Assembly (NCBI RefSeq): GCF_030028105.1
Contig: NC_092373.1
Location: forward strand, 176,739,556 to 176,803,555
Direction of reading: 5' to 3'
DNA: 64,000 nt
From: Mobula birostris
Lineage: Eukaryota
Position numbers and translations under genes: made by a program. The notes below the pieces were generated by a model. That model did not search any database and was not told the origin of the DNA. It worked only from the letters and a program-made list of their open reading frames with translations. Below, one piece after another: positions 51,197 through 63,731 of this stretch (positions are counted from its first letter, which is position 1; each line of letters opens with the position of its first letter).

Positions 51197-52032
51197 TTAA
51201 GTAAATGACGAATGTTAAAATGACAATAACAATTTTTAATAAATCCAGTCTGGTCATCAGTGATAATAAAAGGCAAAATGTTTTCCATCCTATGAGCCAA
51301 AAGTTTAGATAAAATTTTAGCATCAACACTAAGTAAAGAAATAGGTCTGTAGGAAGAGCAATCAGTTGGATCTTTATTCTTTTTGAGAATAAGTGAAATA
51401 GAGGCATCATAAAAGATTGTGGCAATGTTCCTAATTTAAAAGTCACAAAGGACAGAAAGAAGCCTTTTTAAAGTAAACTTTAAAGCCAACCCTCTGACTG
51501 CCTTGTTTGGCATTGTTGGAGGAAATGATTTTACTCTTAAGCTGAATCATTTGCATATTTTGGCTTTTATTTCTCCTTAGCCAGTAGAGTTTTGTTGCTT
51601 AAATGGAAAGATGCTGCTCTGCCTACTCATGTCCACTGGTTGATTGATGCTGTGTCATGTTTAAATCTAGAGAAGATTAGGTGTTCTATTTCTATACCTA
51701 GACAAGATTTTTTCACAGTGTGGGGACCTTTTTGGAACTACTTTCACAATTTTCGATTTGGTCAGCAACGAGGATGGCTATTATATGTTTGAATTTACGA
51801 CTATATGTCAGAGATTTTTTTTTCTTTTCTTTTAACCACACAGCTGTTTTTTCCCTCTTTTTTTAATGGGGTTTTGATTTTGCTTTAGATTAGAATAAAA
51901 TATACCTTTTCAATATTATGGTTAATTTACTATACATAGATATGGGGCATTTCAATCTTGTTTCTGTTTCCATAATATCATAATGTATTTTGTATTCATC
52001 TACACAAGTAATTAATAAAAATATTGAAAAAG
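51197..52032 (+). mobile_element. L1-clade LINE with a 5' inversion
   Basis: Antisense RT piece (SYRPISLLSVDAKILSK, DQTGFIK), then a sense ORF2 C-terminus (LLKWK..CLNLEKIR..WGPF) and an A-rich tail. 16-bp TSD AAAATTATAAATTACA at 51181-51196 and 52033-52048. Confidence 0.88.
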
Positions 52033-52049
52033 AAAATTATAAATTACAA

Positions 52050-52930
52050 TAATTATGCATATATAATTACATTATATATTAAAAAAAAGAGGGAAATATT
52101 GAGGTAGTGTTCATGGGTTCATAGTCCAGTCAGAAATCTGATAGCAGAAGGGAAGAAGCTGTTCCTGAAATATTGAGTACGTGTCTTCAGGCTCCTCCTT
52201 GATGGTAGCAATGAGGAAAGCATGTTCCCTGGGTGATGGGGTCCTTAATGATGGATGCCAGCTTTTTAAGGCATCACCTTTTGAATGAAAAAGGTGATGC
52301 CTTAAAAAAGTGCCATAATGGAGCTGACTGAGTTTACAACTCACTGCAGTTTTTTTCTGATCCTGTGCAGTGTCCCCTCCATACCAGACGATGATGCAAC
52401 CAATTAGAATGCTCTCCATGGTACATCTGTAGAAATTTGCGAGAGTCTTTGATGTCATACCAAGTCTCCTCAAACTCCTAATGAAATATAGCTGCTGTCA
52501 TGCACCAATATGTTAGACCCAGGATAGATTCTCACAGATGTTGACCCAAGGAACTTGAAATTGCTCACCATTTCCACTTCTGATCCCTTAATGAGGATTG
52601 GTGCGTGTTCCCTTGACTTACCCTTTCTGAAGTCCACAATCAGTTCTTTGGTCTTGCTGACATTGAGTGCAAGGTAGTTGCTGCATCACCACTCACCCAG
52701 CTGATCTGTCTCACTCCTGTACGCCTCTTCATCACCAGCTGAAATTCCGTCAACAATAGTTGTGTCATTGGCAAAATGATAGATGGCATTTGAGATGTGC
52801 CTAGCCACATAATGGTGGGTATAGAGAGCATAGAGCAGTGGGCATCTTGAGGTATGCCAATGTTGATGGTCAGCGAGGAGGAGATGTTATCTCAGATCCT
52901 TACAAACTGTGGTCATCCTGACTTAGGTAC
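52050..52930 (-). mobile_element. Rex1/Babar-type fragment (host of the L1 and RTE inserts)
   Basis: LANFYRCTMESILIGCI.VWYG. Confidence 0.75.
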
Positions 52931-52939
52931 CACTATTGA

Positions 52940-53362
52940 TTTCTCAGTGGATTGTCACCTTGTCATGGTGGAGAAGCTTGGGTGGTCCTGAGATCCTGAG
53001 AGCGATGCCGTCTGGAGCTATGCCCCTGGTAGGGTCACCATGGCGGTAAGGTCGAGGGTGAGGTCTCTGACAAAGAACAATCCAACCAAGACCTCAACGG
53101 TGGAACAGGCGGACGAAGTTACTTTGAACTCAACGGCTGTGAAGGCGGATGAAGGCTGCAACAAATCCATCAGCTCCAATCGTCGTGGTTTCCATGCCAC
53201 TGGAATCAGTTGGTTGATTTGTGAAGTATCGTGTGCTTCTTGGAGTGCAACATCAAGTACTTGTTAAACAAATACACGCACAGGCATCTTCACTCTGTGG
53301 GCCGCTTCAGAATGAAGACCACCATCCTCAACCTCGAGGGATAGCCACCACCACGACGACTA
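52940..53362 (+). mobile_element. RTE (Expander/Rex3-like) 5'UTR-derived non-autonomous element
   Basis: 'gtcaccttgtcatggtggag...atgcccctggtagggtc' RTE-type leader, (acc/acg/act)n tail, and a flanking ACTATTGA duplication. Confidence 0.6.
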
Positions 53363-56300
53363 CTATTGACCAGGTGATCCAAGGCCGAGTGGAAAGGCAG
53401 GGAGGTTGCTTCTGCTGTTGACCTCTTGTGGTGACAGGCAAATTGCAGTGGGTCCAGTCCAGGTCCTCGCTTCAGCAGAGGTTGTAGGACAGATGACATA
53501 CTTCCATATCAAGATGGCATGTCACTGAGATGGAAACATCCAAGTGGTGTTTCCATGTCAAGTCAAGTTTATTTGTCATTCAACCGTACATATGAATACA
53601 GCCAAACATAACAACACTCCCCTGGGGCCAAGGTTCAAAACACAGTCATACACAGCACATGGCACATATAATTACAATAACAGTAAAATACACAGTCTCA
53701 GAAACATAGCACAGCCCAAGCCCCTAAGTGTCAGTGTCATGGCCTGTAGATTGCTGGTGCATGGGGTGTTGTTAGGAAGCCACATTTCTGTAAGGACTGG
53801 CATGCAATAGTCCTCATTCTGTGCTGGTGCAGCCGCAGACAAACTGTGCTGGCTGACCTAGATATTAAAGTTGGAGGTCTGAGAGGTATGGTCAAAGTAG
53901 TTCAGGCTTATATTGCAATCTATATTATAGACGATTGGCGCTGCAGCCATTGTGTTGCTATGGAACTTAATGAAGGTTTAGAGTGGTGGGTGGGATCCCA
54001 GATGCCATGGGAGAAGGTCATCGATGAAGGAACTGAATATGATTGAGCAGGGATTATAAACTTCCATTAATCACAACCATTTTCCTTTGCGCTACAACCA
54101 CTGGCGTGTTTTCCCTCCCCAACAAAAAAGACCCATGGCATTAAATTGCAGTAGAAAAATAGAGAGGTTATACCCAGGAGCCTGGACAATATTTAATCTT
54201 TAATTGCCATTTCAAGTAAGTCTTGCCATACTTGTATTATAGTCAGAGTCATCCAGCACAGAAACTGGCCCTTCAGCCTACCATAGCCATACCAACATTT
54301 CTGCCCATCTACACGAATCCCATTTGCCCACATTAGGACCATATGCATTATCTGGTTTATTTAAGTGTCCATCAAAATGCATCTCGAACATAGTGATTAT
54401 ATCTGATTCCACCACCTCACTCCACACATTACAGATTCAACCACTGTCTTTGTAAGTCAAAATGTGCTCCTCAGCTCCCCTTTAAACCTCCTTCCTGTCA
54501 TCTTACACCTCTGCCCTCTTGTTTCTGATACCCCTACCACAGGAAAAACATTTTGACTAACTATCCTATCTATGCCTCTCATAAACTTATATACCTGCTA
54601 CCAAATGATAGCTGACTGCTGATTGTGGGATCTTGCTATGCAGAAACCAGCTGCTACACTTAGAGCCTTAAAACCATGACTCCCTTCCAAACTTATTTAT
54701 TTGCCTTTGGGCCATCCTGAGCTCATGAAAGCATGGTATGAATGCAGTGGATTTATCTTCAGGTCTGGGCATTTACACAATCCAACAACACACAAATGAT
54801 CAGGATTGTGGAATCGAATTTGACATTCTCTGATGGCGAGTTTTGATGTCTGGGTTTTTAATTCAGTCCTGCAGCCAGGGCCTTATTTTGTAAAGACTCT
54901 GTTTTTTCCACTAAGTTCTTCTTTTCTCTTTTCATTGTGCTTCAGTCATCTTTAGTCTCTTATGTTTATAACAATATAATGAATAATTTGGTTAGGGTTG
55001 TTAAAGCTGGACGGGGGCGGGGGAGGTGTGGTAGTCAGGATAAACTCGTATTAAGTGCTCCCAATGAAGTTAATAGCAGTTTCCATAGCAAGTCAACTTT
55101 CACTGCCACATCTGGCATTACATATACTGGTTAAGCAATTGATCCAAATTCCAGAGAATCACTACAAGAGAATGTTATCTCTCCATCAACATTGAAAACA
55201 CCACTATGATTTTCATGCACCGCCAGAACTATTTAGTTGGTATCAGGGAGCAACTGGACACGAGAAGTTTACACTTTTGAGCAGTATTATGATTTTTGCT
55301 CTGTGTCCAATTGACTCTGTATGTAGATTATTGTGGAACCTACCTAAGAATCCCAGATACTATCAGCACAGTGTACTGGATACCCACTAGAACACGATCT
55401 AAAGTGTAAACACAATAGGTTATCAATAATAGTCGTTGTTTTAAAGCTGGGCTGCAAGATAGAGAGACAATGCCAGAAGATATCTGTGACAGGCCCTTCA
55501 ATATACAATGAGCAACTTGTTTGAGCATCTCACGGCACAGGTGCCATCAATCTGCGCAGTTTGTAAAATTTGACAGTTCGAGGTTAAGGACCCACATTAT
55601 ATAGGCAGGATGTTTGGGAACAGGTCTGGAAAGGTGACACGCCCTGAAGAAATCAGTTAAGGTCCATGATAGTTGGACACTTTTCTCTAGGAGCTCCACC
55701 CTCATGACTATTTGTGTTCAGCAGGGAAATGTGGCCTGAGGGATCTCATGATGTAAAGTTAAGTGTTTTTTTTCCTCTGTAAAAATTCTACATCTATTTT
55801 AGATACAATTACGCCTCTGTGAAGGGCCTAGAGTCCATTGTAACAAGTGGCGATTAGAATGGAAACAAACACACTGGAATACAAATTTGAAATTAAAACA
55901 ATTGTTATCAGAAGGCATCAGGCTCAATCAGATTATTGTGAAAAAGGTGTAAGCAGACTCAAAATTTCAACGGGAACAGTTACAGGTGCAGTCAGCTCTT
56001 AGATTTCTTAACATAACAATTTTCCTCAGGATTACCTTGTTTTAAGGTAAGATTTGAGTGTCGATACAATTATCTGATTGGAATGTTAGATTCTAATTTC
56101 TTATAAATAGCTTGCTCTGCAGGTCAAAAGTTTAAGTTCAAGTTTACTTGTCAATCAACCACACACAAGTATACAGCTAAACGAAACAGTATTCCTTCAG
56201 GACCAAAGTGCAAAACACAGTACGTACAGTCACACACAGCACATGTAGTTATGACAGCACAGTCACACACAGCACATATAATTATGATAGCACATACAGT

Positions 56301-56385
56301 CAGAAAATAATATTGGCACAAGTAAATCAGTTAGCACAAAAAGTTAGGAACTCAAGCATATGGAATCCCAAGGAGACACAAAAGA

Positions 56386-56581
56386 CTGTAGATGCTGGAA
56401 TCTGGAGCAACAAACAATCCGCTGGAAGACCTCAGGGAACTGAGCAGCATCTGTGGGGAGAAAGGAACTGTTGACATTTCAGGTTAAAACTGGAAATGTC
56501 CAGAATTCCTTTCTTTCCACAGATGCTGACTGCTGAGTTCCTCCCGCAGATTGCTTGCTGCTCCAGATTCCAGCATCTGCA
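56386..56581. repeat. Old Penelope-terminus-like fold-back palindrome
   Basis: 'agatgctggaatctggagca ... tgctccagattccagcatct' inverted arms. Confidence 0.75.
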
Positions 56582-57059
56582 TCCCCTCTATTTCCATTAC
56601 TTCAGCTGTGTGAAGTGCAGGTACTCCGTTTCTTACAAAGCCAAGTAGAGGCTCCCAACAGAAGTCGAGGCATGAGCTCCAATCTCCCTTCGCCTTCCCA
56701 CCCCACCAGCTGATATCCTCCTGTCACCAGCCATTAACAGATGAAATTAAAACCTTTAAACCAAGTTGTTTACTGACTCCCACCACAAATGCTAAAGACT
56801 AATGAATATTTGTATGTCCACTTGTGTTTATCTTTTTATAAATATTCTGAAATATTCTTAAGTTTAACAGGCATATTGCACAATCAACATTTAACAGTGA
56901 ATCACATATTAAAGCATATGACAAACCTCAGGCAAACGTAGATTCTAAGGACTGTTGTAAAGGAGAAGATGGGGATAGTAGAGCAGGGAAAGAATTTCCT
57001 TGCTTGGTTCTTGGGTGAAAGGATGAGTGCCAACAATGGAGGCAGTAAGTATGGGAATA

Positions 57060-58510
57060 ATTAATATGGTCTTCACCCTCAACAATTTCTCCTTTGGCTC
57101 CTCCCACTTTCTTCAGACTCAAGGAGTAGCCATGGGCCCCAGCTATACCTGCCTATTCAATGACTACATGAACTGATGGCATGAAGTGGCGAGACAAGGT
57201 CTCCAATTCTCTCGAGTCGGAATGCCAGCATTTCAACCTTGGTGATGTCAGCCCAACTGCACCGGGCAGAACATGTTGTCAGAATGCCTGACAGAAGACT
57301 GCCCAAGGACATCTTGTATGGCCGACTGTCCAGTGGTACCCAAAAATGAGGAGGCCAGCGGCTACAGAGGATGTTCTGCACAGGAGCCTTGAGAAAGCTG
57401 ACATTGCCCCATCAACATGGGAGGATCTGGCTCAAGATCGTTCACAGTGGAGGGATGCCATCAGAAAAGGTGTGGACGCTGCTGAGAACAAGCTCAACGA
57501 GGCAACAGAGGAAAAGCACAGGAAGCGCCACAACAGAGCTTCTGCCCCTGTAGGCCTCACCTGCCAAGTATGTGGCAAGCAGTGCCTGTCAAGGATCGGT
57601 CTGTACAGCCACTCTAGGACGCACATATCAAACCCCACTAACTGACTGAAAAGAACCATCATCATCCTATGGGATGGATAGCCAGAGAGAGAGGAGAACA
57701 GTCCATGTTCTAAGCCTTCCCTGGTAATGTTCCCCAGCTCTTCTTGCGTTGCATTGGTGCTGTTTCTTGCACCCATGCTGAGCTCATCAATTTCATCAAC
57801 TTTACCTCCAACTTCCACCCTGTCCTTAAATTCACTTGGTCTATTTCTGACACTTCTCTTCCCTTTCTTGGTCTCTCTGTTTCCATCTCTGGAGAAGACC
57901 TGTCGACCAACATCTTTTATAAACCCATTGATTCCCACAGTTATTCTGACAATATCTCTTCCCACCCTGTCTCCTGTAAAAAATGTTATTCCCCTTGTCT
58001 CCACTGCATCTGTTCCCAGGTGAGACTTTTCTTTCCAGGGCATCAGAGATGTCTTCCTTCTTCGAAGAACAAGCTATCTCTTCCTCTATCAGTCCATGGT
58101 CTCCACTTGTGCCATGATGAGGTCACCCTCAGAGTGGAGAAGCAACACTTTATATTCCCTCTGGGTAGCCTCCAACCTGATGACATGAACATAGATTTCT
58201 CCTTCTGGTAAAAAAGAATCCTCTCTCCCTCCCTTCTTATTCTATTCCCCGCTCTGGCCCCTTACCTCCTCTCACCTCCTCTTTTCCTTTCTCCTATGGC
58301 CCACTTTCCATCTTATCAGGTTACTTCATCTCCAGCCCTTTCCCTTTTCCATCCACCTGGCTTCACCTATCACCATCTAGCTATCCTTCTTCCCCTCCCC
58401 TACTTTTATTCTGGCCTCTTCCCCCTTCCTTCTCAGTCCTATAGAAGTGTCTCAGCCCAAAACGTTGACTCTTTATTCATTTGCATCAATTGCTCTAGCA
58501 TTTTGTGTGT
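57060..58510 (+). mobile_element. Penelope-like element (RT thumb and GIY-YIG tail, internally deleted) with a nested RTE
   Basis: GVAMGP, FINFTSNFHPVLKFT..LPFL...YKP.DSHSY, EKQHFIF.LGSLQPD.MNIDFS. Confidence 0.85.
57175..57695 (+). mobile_element. RTE-clade LINE 3' end with a C2H2 zinc finger
   Basis: HVVRMPDRRLPKDILYG, WEDLAQDRSQWR, CQVCGKQCLSRIGLYSHSRTH; (ga)n tail. Confidence 0.85.
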
Positions 58511-58811
58511 AATTAAGTTGCCGGAAGATTTCAAAAGTTCAAAATATATCAAAGAACACGTATGTCACCATATACTACCTTGAGATTCATTTTCTCACAG
58601 GCTTTTGTGGATGCAGTAGATTTTACGAAAGGCTGACAACCAACCAATGTGCAAGACAAACTGCAAATAAATACTGAGATCATGAGTTGTAGAGTCTTTG
58701 AAAGTGAATCTGTAGGTTGTAGAATTGGCTCAGCGTGATGGTGAGTGAAGTTATCCACACAGGTTTAGGAGTCTGGTGGTTGTCAGGTAATTACTATTCC
58801 TGAATCTGGTG

Positions 58812-58963
58812 AATCCTGTGAGTGTGGCGAAAGGGTGCAGAACATTGAACACGTTCTGCGCAACTGCCCACTCTCACATGATTTAGCTGACACTGACCTG
58901 CTCAACGTCAACCAAACAACACTAGAGTGGCTGGCTGTCTGGTGTGACAAGCTGTGATGATGA
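58812..58963 (+). mobile_element. I-group (Ingi/Vingi-like) LINE extreme 3' end
   Basis: Translates to SCECGERVQNIEHVLRNCP...LEWLAVWCDKL*, running into a (TGA)n tail. Confidence 0.65.
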
Positions 58964-58966
58964 TCA

Positions 58967-59219
58967 GGTGGTTGTTAGGTAATTACTGTTCTACTGTTCC
59001 TGAATCTGGTGGTTGTTAGGTAATTACTGTTCTTGAGTCTGGTGCTTGTTAGGTAATTACTGTTCCTGAATTTGGTGCTTGTTAGGTAATTACTGTTCCT
59101 GAATCTGGTGGTTGTTAGGTAATTACTGTTCTTGAGTCTGGTGGTTGTTAGGTAATTACTGTTCCTGAGTCTGGTGGTTGTTAGGTAATTACTGTTCCAC
59201 TGCTCCTGAATCTGGTGGT
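58967..59219. repeat. 33-bp minisatellite, about 7 copies
   Basis: Unit ggtggttgttaggtaattactgttcctgaatct starting at 59008, 59041, 59074, 59107, 59140 and 59173, plus a variant first copy at 58967. Confidence 0.95.
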
Positions 59220-59739
59220 GTGGGTCTTTCTGAATCTCCTGCCCGATTATACTAACCAGTTGAGAACCTGCGTGTTGGAGGTGTTTGGTGATGAACGTTG
59301 CTTTCTTGAGTCAGTGGGTCGAACAACATCTGTGGGAGGAAAGGAATGTCGACGTTTTAGTTCGTGGCCATGCATCACTCCCAAACATCGACAACTCTTC
59401 CACCGCAGCCCCCAGATTCTGCTCAACCCAGTGAGTTGCTCCACCGCGTTGTTCGTTATTTGGATGGACACTGAATGTAATGGCAGAGATAACAGAAATC
59501 CTTGCGGGGACCTATTATCTACCTCTGGAGAGTCACGAATGGAAACAGCTACGTCTTTAATAGACCCAGTAAGACACGCTGCAGCCCGGCGGGGTGAGCT
59601 CTCACAGTCACATGGGATGTCATAAGGAACGGAAACAACGGAACTGGAGCAAGAACATTGTGCTTTCATATCATTTTTCCCGTCACTTGCAGCATCTGCA
59701 ATCTTCGCCGGGATGGCCGTTGATTCTCGGGTCCAAAGT

Positions 59740-60080
59740 TCATTGATCCCTCTCCACCGGAAGTCCGCAGCGAGCGCCTTCTGCTTCCGGGGCGGCAGGC
59801 GGGGCCTCGCCCTGCTCCGCTGACCTCCTCCTTCAGCAGCCGGGAGCGGTAGGGCGGCCATTTGCAGAGCCACTCGGCGGAGGAGGCACGTCCCGAGTAG
59901 TACACTGTGGCACCGCTCCGACACCCGAACCCTGATCATGTTGTCGGCCCGCTTGACAGCCGCACTTGCGCGGTCTCTCGCTAGGCAGCGATCTCAGGTA
60001 AGTGTCCCGAGTGCCGAGTCGCGGGTGCGGGGAAGGACGGGTGAAGGGAGCTGTACCGAGGCGGCCATTTTGCACAGGGC
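59740..60080 (+). promoter_or_regulatory. ATP5F1A CpG-island promoter
   Basis: ETS/GABP-type CCGGAAGT at 59757-59764 and CTTCCGG at about 59784; GC boxes at about 59789-59804; YY1 GCGGCCATTT at about 59854 and 60061. Confidence 0.8.
59938..59997 (+). CDS. ATP5F1A: ATP synthase F1 subunit alpha, exon 1 (mitochondrial presequence MLSARLTAALARSLARQRSQ)
   Basis: Arg/Ala-rich presequence; donor CAG|gtaagt; 60 nt. Confidence 0.93.
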
Positions 60081-61153
60081 CTGTGGTGGCTTCGTGCAGA
60101 CAGTGGGCTGGCGGTGGCTGTGGAGCCCATCCTCGAGTCCTCCCTTTCACTGGGTTTGCACCACTGTACGAGGATGTGGTCTTTGCAGTTGTGCCAATTA
60201 AGCGTGTTTAGATTTCTAATAGTCTGAGGGATGTTCGTAGGTCTCGCCCTGCTGAAGGTCAGGTCCTCCTTTTCTCCTTCTCGGTCAAACCTTCATTGCT
60301 TTGCAATATGAATGTTCGGTCTACATATCTTTATAGTTTGTAATCTGTTTCTTTAGGGTTCTAAAATTAATATACGCACACACCCATGAATTTTATTGCA
60401 TTCACTGATTTTGTTGTGAACATTGAATTTGACCTAACTAGATAAAAATATTCCAATGATGAACTGATTTAGCAAAATGCTGTACTTCCTGCTAGTTAAT
60501 ATCTAACTGTACAAAACTACACTGGTTAGTCAGCTATTGTTTGCACATTCAATTGAAGAAAATGTTGTAATGGGACAACGATCTGATGTTTCATAGCTAT
60601 TAACCGTATGGCAATTTCCTACAAACATCTAGTATATATTTTGAATAAAATGTGTAATTTCTCAATGATGGCTGCTTCTAAAGCTCTTGAAGGTCAGAGT
60701 AGGTTGTTATTAGCTGTCTGTCCTAATGGATCTGGAATTGGAATAATCCATTAAACTTTTGTATCTCAGTTTATAAAACAAATAACATTACTGTGTTAAG
60801 TAATATTTGTCTTGTTATTGGATGTACAAGTTGTATATCACTTCTCTTCTGCTGAAGGGTGGATACTCAACCCAGTGATGTTGTCATGAATTTTAAAATG
60901 AGTTGGTTTATTTTAAGAAGTATGGGGTGACCTTGGTGTCTTTGGTACCAACATAATCATGATTGATGCCAAAGTTCAAAGCTTAAATTTACCAACAATT
61001 ATAAGTGAGGCAATTTACATTTTGAATATAAAAGCAACACATTAGAAATACTGTAGCTAATCCAGTTTGAGATTTGCTTCTGCGCTTTGCAGAATGTATC
61101 AGTCTCTAAATATTTGGGCAGAATTGATTTATTTTAAGTCTTGTTCTTTTCAG

Positions 61154-61232
61154 GTGGCAAGACATGTCTTTCCTGCAGGATTTGTAGCCACTAAAAATCT
61201 TCACACTTCAAGGACATGCCTTCAAAAGACTG
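61154..61232 (+). CDS. ATP5F1A: ATP5F1A exon 2 (VARHVFPAGFVATKNLHTSRTCLQKT)
   Basis: tttcag acceptor and gtcagt donor; 79 nt. Confidence 0.93.
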
Positions 61233-61857
61233 GTCAGTCTTTGTTAAATATATTTTCAATCACATTCAGGTGTTTAGAGGTGAATATGAAAGAAGCCAGG
61301 TAGTGTCAGGAACAAGCATTTTCTTTTTTGATATTTCTAGTTGGCTTTTTGGCTATTGTTCATATATACTGGTTAACGTGATCAAATGTGAAATACATTT
61401 TTGGGTTAATGAGAATTGGCTGAGAAATTGCTTTCTGGTTTGGCTAGGCACAAACTGAATTAATTCCAGGTTTGGGCTGCACTGAGCTGTGTCCGTAGTT
61501 CATGTAATTTCTTAATGCTGTCTAATTATACTAATGTACTTTCTTAAATTATCCTTGCTTTGGTTAGATTAGAGCTTATGGTGAGGTTTGTTTGTAAATT
61601 TTTACTTGCATTGTCTAGTTTGTACACCAGACTTCTGTGTATCATGCACTAGAATGCCTAGATGGATCTGTATTTCAGAGCTCTGAGGTATCTTGCATTT
61701 AGTTAATTTGTTGTTTTTGTATGACTGAGTAACCCTGTGCATAAAAGAGCATCACCCAACCTTTCTTAGTCACTGACAATGGCTCTGGCCTGCCTCCATT
61801 AAGCAACTGGTTCACTATATCTTTCTTGCCTTAAAACTTTGACATTTTATGCAGTAG

Positions 61858-62106
<249 letters not shown>

Positions 62107-62846
62107 TAATGAGATGGACTGGAAGAAAACCATACTTACTTGCATCCTTGAATTCAGCTTTGCATTTATTTGGGAATTTTAAATTGTTGTGAATTTTATT
62201 CCATCACGAAGAAGTGTAAGCAAAATTATCCCTCTAATCTATGAAGAAGTAGATCTCAAAATTAAACAAGTGTTTCATGTTGAATTCCTCTGGTTCACGA
62301 AAACATTAGGGGAATGGTCCCTATATTTTGTCTTCATTTAAATGACCTGATATTTTGGACGAAAATATTAATCCTTTTATGTAACTGATGTGGTCCCCTT
62401 CCATTTTGTATATCCTTATGCCAAAAGTTCCTGTTTGATTCCCTGAAGATACTGAATTAGCTGATTAAAGTCAGGATTGTGCTAGTAGCACAGTTGCTTC
62501 AGCACCTGGCCCATATAATCCAGCCAGGTTTTTGTTGCTATGACAAGCACGTGAATGGGTGTTGAACAGAGGTGAGATTTGGCTTGACTTCCGTAATCTC
62601 ACTTTTGAACTGGGTTGAGAAATGGTACTTGATCTAGCGGTGCAGAAAGTACATCATCAAAAGAGGCTTTTTTGGGTGGAGAGGATTTGTGCTTATGGTT
62701 TGTGGTGTTCCTCATGCATTTTGCCTTAATCAGGTTGAGGAGTGTTTCAAACTACTTCCAGTACATTCTGTAATGGACTCCAAGCCATACAAACGAGTCA
62801 AGAGTTTGTACTGTTTTTTTTTCCTGATTTTGTATTTTCATTTTAG

Positions 62847-63044
<198 letters not shown>

Positions 63045-63446
63045 TGATATGATATCTATTAAGCTTACTTCTAATTCCTTGAACTCATCTGTTAATAGTA
63101 CTGCCTTTATTGTAATTAAAGACTACATGCTTTGTCTTCATTTTTGCTATTTAATTGTTTTTTGCTGATTTATGTTACTTCTATGAGCATAGAAACAGGA
63201 TATTCAATCGTCTGGTCAGTTCTGGCATTTGTGCTATGAATGAGCTATTTGAGCTCCATTTTTCCAATGGCCTTGGAGCGGTTACTTCAATGTTAGGATA
63301 CCTTTGTAAGTCTCTGACTTAGAACTTGCGCTTACAATATTTTGATTTGGTACTGTAAGCCCTTCTTGTTTGATGAACAAGCTGCCCTGTAAATGTAGCA
63401 GTTTTTTGTGCATTCCGGTATTGAAATCTGTTTACCAAAAGAATAA

Positions 63447-63731
<285 letters not shown>

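Noticed and set aside
57346-57645. Host C2H2 zinc-finger gene
   Set aside because: It is the C-terminus of an RTE LINE ORF, preceded by RTE motifs and followed by a repeat tail.
58967-59219. CRISPR-like array of about 33-bp repeats
   Set aside because: The units are directly adjacent with no unique spacers, there are no cas genes, and the context is vertebrate. It is a minisatellite.
59247-59939. 230-aa antisense ORF upstream of ATP5F1A
   Set aside because: GC-rich promoter sequence depleted of stop codons; no recognisable domain.
60455-60590. C/D-box snoRNA in ATP5F1A intron 1 (ATGATGA ... CTGA)
   Set aside because: No convincing terminal stem or recognisable rRNA-antisense element.
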